In this document: piece after piece, positions 58,765 through 64,000 of the stretch
Layout: every line of letters starts with the position of its first letter
Numbering within the stretch: position 1 is the first letter of the stretch
DNA from: Halobacteriovoraceae bacterium
GTDB lineage: Bacteria > Bdellovibrionota > Bacteriovoracia > Bacteriovoracales > Bacteriovoracaceae
Assembly (NCBI GenBank): GCA_963719505.1
Contig: CAVRCF010000001.1
Coordinates: forward strand, 672,001 to 736,000
Reading direction: 5' to 3'
DNA length: 64,000 bases
Translations under genes and position numbers: made by a program
The notes under the pieces: generated by a model
The model's database searches: none
What the model was told of the DNA's origin: nothing
What the model saw: the letters and a program-made list of their open reading frames with translations, nothing else

Positions 58765-61048
58765 CACCAGGTGCTTCGTTATCTCCTAGATTTTCTGTCG
58801 ATCCAGAACCCATTTGTCCAAAAGCACCAGCTCCAAAGCAAATAACTCTACCTTCATCTTTTGTCAGAGCACATGTGTGAGAAACTCCAGATGCAATTTG
58901 ATTAATAGTCTCTCCACCTAGATCCACAAGAGAAATATCCTTTACGAGTTCATCGTCTCCCACATTCTCAGTCGTGCCCAAGCCAGTTGTTCCCGAGGCA
59001 CCAATACCAAAGCAGTGGACACTAAAGTTACCACTGATTGCACAGGTGTGAAGATTTCCAGTTGAAACACTTATGTGAGTAGAAGCTCCCGTGTCTACAT
59101 AGTCTATAGATGTAACAGCTTCATTATCACCAATATTCTCACTATTTCCCGTACCAATTTGCCCTCTAATATTAGATCCCCAACATCTCAATTTTTGTCC
59201 ACCGGTTATGGCACAAGTATGCCTGTTTCCCGTTGCTAGTTGAATGATCTGTTCACCAAATGGAACAGGAGAAACTGAAGATGGTAGTTCATCATCTCCT
59301 ACGTGATCAGGGTTTCCAAGTCCGAGTTGACCCGAATCATTTCGCCCCCAGCACCTTAGATCACCGTTTTGTAAAAGAGCACATGAGTGGAAACTAATGG
59401 TCGAAATATCCATCTGAACAACGGGGCCTCCGACGCTAACGTAACCTATTGTAGAAACGGACTCATCATCTCCAATCGCGTTGGTGTGTCCAAGACCTAA
59501 TTGTCCGAATGCATTCTCCCCCCAGCACTGAATATTTTTATTTTCTAGTAGTGCACAGTTATAAGAGTATCCCGAATAGATTTTAACAGCTTTATCCTTA
59601 AGCGGGACTGAGGCAAGATTAGAGACATCTTCATCATCCCCAATTGTATCTGTATGTCCTAAACCAAGTTGTCCCTTATCGTTTTGTCCCCAACATTTCA
59701 CAACACCATTTTCTAAAATAACACATGTGTGGAAGGCTCCGGCACTAACATCTTTAACCTCTGCTCCTAGGCTGAGAGTTGATAGAGAACTTGGAAGCTC
59801 ATCATCTCCAATATTATTTGTATGTCCTAGGCCTAGCTGGCCTCTGGTATTTTGTCCCCAACACTTTAAGTTACCTTCAAGAAGGAGTGCACATGTATGA
59901 AATCCACCAGCGGCAAGTTTTTTAACTTCTATGGGCTTTTCTTCTTTTTCACAATACTTTATTTTAGCGACACTAAAATCATCTCGATCATTCGTAAGAT
60001 GAACTTGATTGAGTTCGGCATTGTATTCATATGGTACCGAGATATTATTCACGAGAGCTTCAATAGTGGCTGGATCAACTTTATTTGTTTTGAGATTAAA
60101 ATCGTTGGCAGGTTTAATAGAAACAGTTGCTAGGCGACCAAGGTTTGCGAGACCGTTTGCATAGTCTCCGTTTGCCATGTCGACTGTAATCCCACCTGCT
60201 ATATTTACGGCATCAATATAACCATAACCAATTTCATTTTCACCATTTACAGGCATGGTTTTATTGTCTTTGTAGAGGACCCCACCAACTACTTGCGGAG
60301 AACCATCTTGAATTTCTGTGATTCTGTCGACAACCATCTGAGCTGTAATAATTTTATTGCCCTGTTCATCAATACAATATTTATCGTGACTTCTATCTTC
60401 TCCACCTTGTGGATCTGGAACTGGAGTCACACCTGTTGGATACTCAGCACAAATGTCTTGTTCATCGGCCACAAAAATTACAGTAAGAGCTGCATCTTCT
60501 CTAAAAAAATCTTCTTGGCGGTTAAGAATAATATTCTCTTCATTGGTCGCCTTTAAAAAAGAATAGAGTCCAAGTTCTCCTCCGTCAGTTTCATTATCAC
60601 CTTGTGGATTTTGCATTTTTGTTTTCAAATGATTTTTGATCTCGGCAGTTGTCAAAGTTGCACTTGAGAGTACTCTTGGCTCTGAGCCTTTGCGATATAA
60701 CTTTCCAGACTGAGAGGTGTTGTCTCCATGTCCTAAAATAACCGCGACTCTATAATCAACTTCAGCTGGAAGCTGAGTGAGAAGAAAATCAAAACCTTCT
60801 GCAATAGCTGCTCTTTCTTCTTTAATTGAACTTGATGTATCAATGACGATGGCTATGTCTAATTTTCTCGTTATGAACTCTTCTGGTGTTGCGTATTGAT
60901 CTTGAAAACAAAGAGCATTGACAGTATTACCGCTGGAAGTGGGATTAGTTTCAAAAGCATCATCAAGTGCACTGCTCGTTCCAGAGTCCTCACAAGAGGA
61001 GACGAGAGTGAAAAGCACGGAAAGAAAAAGCAGTGATAATAATTTCAT
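58739..61048 (-). CDS. Lipoprotein with a vWA domain and seven RCC1-like repeats
   Basis: Lipobox VSSC; MIDAS motif VIDTSSS; seven copies of HTC...C(W/F)G.N..GQLG.G....(I/V/L)GD(D/N)E. Confidence 0.88.
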   Translation of the reverse strand: MKLLSLLFLSVLFTLVSSCEDSGTSSALDDAFETNPTSSGNTVNALCFQDQYATPEEFITRKLDIAIVIDTSSSIKEERAAIAEGFDFLLTQLPAEVDYRVAVILGHGDNTSQSGKLYRKGSEPRVLSSATLTTAEIKNHLKTKMQNPQGDNETDGGELGLYSFLKATNEENIILNRQEDFFREDAALTVIFVADEQDICAEYPTGVTPVPDPQGGEDRSHDKYCIDEQGNKIITAQMVVDRITEIQDGSPQVVGGVLYKDNKTMPVNGENEIGYGYIDAVNIAGGITVDMANGDYANGLANLGRLATVSIKPANDFNLKTNKVDPATIEALVNNISVPYEYNAELNQVHLTNDRDDFSVAKIKYCEKEEKPIEVKKLAAGGFHTCALLLEGNLKCWGQNTRGQLGLGHTNNIGDDELPSSLSTLSLGAEVKDVSAGAFHTCVILENGVVKCWGQNDKGQLGLGHTDTIGDDEDVSNLASVPLKDKAVKIYSGYSYNCALLENKNIQCWGENAFGQLGLGHTNAIGDDESVSTIGYVSVGGPVVQMDISTISFHSCALLQNGDLRCWGRNDSGQLGLGNPDHVGDDELPSSVSPVPFGEQIIQLATGNRHTCAITGGQKLRCWGSNIRGQIGTGNSENIGDNEAVTSIDYVDTGASTHISVSTGNLHTCAISGNFSVHCFGIGASGTTGLGTTENVGDDELVKDISLVDLGGETINQIASGVSHTCALTKDEGRVICFGAGAFGQMGSGSTENLGDNEAPGAKYVSIIP

Positions 61049-61141
61049 AACCTTATTATCAGTTGGAACACCATTTCACTCCAGTATTTTCAGCTGGTCT
61101 AACTATTCGCTTTTATAGGTTTTGAATGAAAAGGGGATCTG

Positions 61142-63484
61142 TTAAAAAGTGTAGAGGGAACCCATAGATGCTTGGAATTGTTGGGTTTTTAAGTCTTGGT
61201 CCGAGTGTGTTGAGTTTTGTAATTCAGCAACTCCACGAATAAAGACTCTAATTTGGTTAATTGAATAAAAATAGTAACTTGTGGCCAAGCTTGTTAGCAG
61301 TCCTGAGCCATATCCAATTTTTAAGCTGCTGTTGATGAGGTTTTTGTGCCAAAAGAGATTGGCAGATCCAAAAACAAAATAGTTAAGGATTGTTCCATCA
61401 TTCTTAGCTACAGAATCTTTATTTTCAAAGACGGAGGTGAAACTTGTCGCAATACCAGTTGAGAATTCAAATTTTTTATAATTTGTTAGATATCCAAGTT
61501 CAATTTCTCTTTGCACTAAATCCTGATCATCAAAAACTTCGCCGGTGATTGTGCTAAAGCTAAAATCTAGCTTTTGAGTTTTATAATTAAATTCAAACCC
61601 ATTGGTTGAAACTCCTTCAATATTGAAGTCGCTTTCATTTTCATTCTTATAATCCACCATCGTCATCAGATAGGAAACCTTCATTGAATGATTATGGGGC
61701 GGCTTGCTCTTTTTTGGGACATCTTTAGATGTGACGACTTGAGGCTTTGCTTCCTGAACAATTTCAAGTTTAGAGATATCAGAAAAGGGAGAGAGTCTTC
61801 CCCAAAAATCTCTATAGCGGTAACGCCAGTAAAATTCACCAGTTCTTGGGGCTCTCCATTTAAAAGATGGTCGATTCGTCTTTTGAGTTTTTATTTTTCT
61901 TTTTAATTTGCGATCAGTATAAATTTCAATTTCATACTCTTTAGCATTTTCAACTTTCTGCCAGGCAAGATCAACATTGCCTTCAGTGCTGGCATAGGCC
62001 CTACTAAAAAAATGAAAGGATCTTTTCAAAGAGTTTGATTGGAGTTTTAGTTTCAAACTTGGTAGTTTTTTGGGCTTTTTTGGTCTGGGGTTTGGCTTTA
62101 TTGTAAGGCGCACGGGCTCTTTGTAAACTTTGACACCCTTTTTATCAATAGAATAGGCTCTCCAGTAATAAACGCCAATTTTTGGAAAAACGATAGAGGT
62201 TTTACTTCCTTTGAGTTTCCGAGTTGTTATGAGATTTTTAAAATCTTTTGTCTGAGAGAGTTGGAAGATACTATCCATCTTCTTTTTAGACTGCCAAGAA
62301 AAATTTACTTTTTGATTGGGCTTCTTTAACTCTAGAGTTATCGACTTTATGTTATCAACTTTTTGTTTTGTGAGCACAAAAGTCGAAAATTTTTGATTTT
62401 CTATTTCTGTAAAACTTTTAACAGGAGTAACACTCCAAAAATATTTTCCCTCTAAAGATGTAGTATAGAGATAGTTTTGAGTGTTTGTTTCTTTATAGAA
62501 AATAAGATTTTTGTTGTCGTCAAAGATTTCTAAAAGCCATTTCTTTGCGCCAGCACGGGCCCAAGAAAAGTAAATCTCAGTTTTATCAGAGTAGTAGACC
62601 TTGTCAAAGTTGACTCTCGGAGTGAGGAGGCGAGGGGGTTCAATAAAATATAAAACATTGAAGTTTTGTACTTCGCTTGTGTTCTCTTTTGATTTTACTC
62701 GCCAATAAAAATTTCCAGCTTCAATTTTCTGCTTAGTCGAGTTGAGTATGGGCTGGGCCAGAAAAATTTTGTTAAAAGAGGCATCCTTTGAAACTTGAAG
62801 TTCTAAGGGGTCTAGTTTTGAGGAAATTTCAAAGTGAATAGGTTTTAGCGTAGAAAAAGTTTGTGCATTCTTTGGAGAGATTAATGAAATTTTTGAGGAA
62901 TACACTTTTAGTTTTGAATTGGTTATTTTAACAGATTGATTTTTTGACACTTCAATAAACTTTTTTGTCTTGGTATCTTGAACGTTTATCTTTCCCTCTT
63001 TCACCTCAACTGTTGAGATGGAGTTTTCATTGGTTAGGCTTACTTTTGCGCTACTCGATTTTAAAATGAAGGATGAATTTCCGCTATTAACTTTTAAAGG
63101 CTTTGAGTTCGCTGTGAAATCCACTTCCATATTTCCTTGGTTTAAAGAAATTGAATCTAGAGACAAAATTTCGACCATCGTCTCTGGACCTAGTGAGATA
63201 GTATTTTCGTCTACCTTCATTTTAGCCGAAGAATTTTTGTGGGTAAAAATGAGATTGTTTAATGATAGAGGAGCTTTTATGCCAACTTCTTCCCAACCCA
63301 GAAAGCTTTCACTCTTTCTTTTCACCGTATTGTTAATAGAGATAATCTCTCCAATTGAAGAAATATCCATAGAGGAGTTGATGTTTTTATTCATGAAAAG
63401 TTCTCTGTAACAAATAACGATAGCGATCACGCAGGCAATCGAAATAAAATAGTTGAATGTTTTAGTTGTATAATGAACTTGCAT
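61142..63484 (-). CDS. FecR-domain protein with FN3/Ig repeats and a C-terminal beta-barrel
   Basis: N-terminal TM; FecR pattern IFTHKNSSA...LGPET...VKEGKI; four (Y/F)W(R/S) beta-sandwich repeats; terminal GSLYTF. Confidence 0.72.
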   Translation of the reverse strand: MQVHYTTKTFNYFISIACVIAIVICYRELFMNKNINSSMDISSIGEIISINNTVKRKSESFLGWEEVGIKAPLSLNNLIFTHKNSSAKMKVDENTISLGPETMVEILSLDSISLNQGNMEVDFTANSKPLKVNSGNSSFILKSSSAKVSLTNENSISTVEVKEGKINVQDTKTKKFIEVSKNQSVKITNSKLKVYSSKISLISPKNAQTFSTLKPIHFEISSKLDPLELQVSKDASFNKIFLAQPILNSTKQKIEAGNFYWRVKSKENTSEVQNFNVLYFIEPPRLLTPRVNFDKVYYSDKTEIYFSWARAGAKKWLLEIFDDNKNLIFYKETNTQNYLYTTSLEGKYFWSVTPVKSFTEIENQKFSTFVLTKQKVDNIKSITLELKKPNQKVNFSWQSKKKMDSIFQLSQTKDFKNLITTRKLKGSKTSIVFPKIGVYYWRAYSIDKKGVKVYKEPVRLTIKPNPRPKKPKKLPSLKLKLQSNSLKRSFHFFSRAYASTEGNVDLAWQKVENAKEYEIEIYTDRKLKRKIKTQKTNRPSFKWRAPRTGEFYWRYRYRDFWGRLSPFSDISKLEIVQEAKPQVVTSKDVPKKSKPPHNHSMKVSYLMTMVDYKNENESDFNIEGVSTNGFEFNYKTQKLDFSFSTITGEVFDDQDLVQREIELGYLTNYKKFEFSTGIATSFTSVFENKDSVAKNDGTILNYFVFGSANLFWHKNLINSSLKIGYGSGLLTSLATSYYFYSINQIRVFIRGVAELQNSTHSDQDLKTQQFQASMGSLYTF

Positions 63485-63524
63485 AAATTTACTTTTATTT
63501 TTTAATTTGTATTATAATCATAAC

Positions 63525-64000
63525 ATGAGAAAAGTTCTTGTTCCTATTCATATTAAGCTGGTTAGCTTTTTTGTCCTCATACTGTGTTGTGCTATCTCCT
63601 TCTATGTCTTTTATGCCACAAATTTATTTAAAACAGATAAGACTGCATACATATTTGAATCCGTAAAAAATCATAATCAAAGCCTCTCAGATGCTGTCAA
63701 AACTGACCTCGAGGAAAAAGAAAGTGTTTTGACTTTGCTAACGACCTTTTATAAAGCTCCGGAGGTTGTAAATACTATTTTAAAGTCTGATGAGGATCTC
63801 ATCGCATTTTCGGTTTTTAATAAGTGGGCTCAAACAAGAAAGTACAATAGTCAGGTAAATGATAGGCGAAGCTTGTCGGGAGAAAAAATAAAAGAGCTTA
63901 TTGGGCAGTCCACTGAAAAGAGAGGTCTCTATAGCGATGACTTGTCATTTCTCATTTGGTCTAAAGAGGGCGATCAGGTGTTTAGTCTCGAGTTTTCAAA
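63525..64000 (+). CDS. Membrane sensor protein N-terminus (partial; output domain outside the window)
   Basis: Open to the window end: MRKVLVPIHIKL, TM, FKTDKTAYIFES, then a periplasmic region. Confidence 0.6.
   Translation, partial: MRKVLVPIHIKLVSFFVLILCCAISFYVFYATNLFKTDKTAYIFESVKNHNQSLSDAVKTDLEEKESVLTLLTTFYKAPEVVNTILKSDEDLIAFSVFNKWAQTRKYNSQVNDRRSLSGEKIKELIGQSTEKRGLYSDDLSFLIWSKEGDQVFSLEFS

Overview
AT-rich bacterial chromosomal segment, inferred to come from a predatory Bdellovibrionota member (Bacteriovoracia/Halobacteriovorax-like). The inference rests on tandem Bd0427/PopA-type major outer-membrane proteins and an Agl-Glt gliding cluster. Most of the window is housekeeping: hslO, addB-addA, gmhA, trxA, polA, ahpC-oxyR, groES-groEL, glutamate dehydrogenase, pfkA, gpmI, rlmH, rsfS, obgE, rpmA, rplU, mltD, bfr-bfd and mtgA. 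Interspersed are a compact Glt operon converging on aglRQS, with an extra TonB_C-like lipoprotein and an unannotated 29-aa membrane peptide; one IS1202/ISNCY-type insertion sequence; and a pair of secreted hydrolases. Two 'surface lipoprotein + beta-barrel' modules are the best candidates for an undescribed system: a sigma54-driven pair splitting rpmA from obgE, and a vWA+RCC1 lipoprotein with an envelope-spanning FecR-FN3-barrel protein. Regulatory signals read from the DNA include a 15/16 OxyR box, two sigma54 promoters with IHF-like sites, sigma28-type promoters and several apparently leaderless genes. No rRNA, tRNA or CRISPR array was recognised. All family calls are from motif recognition by eye, not database searches.
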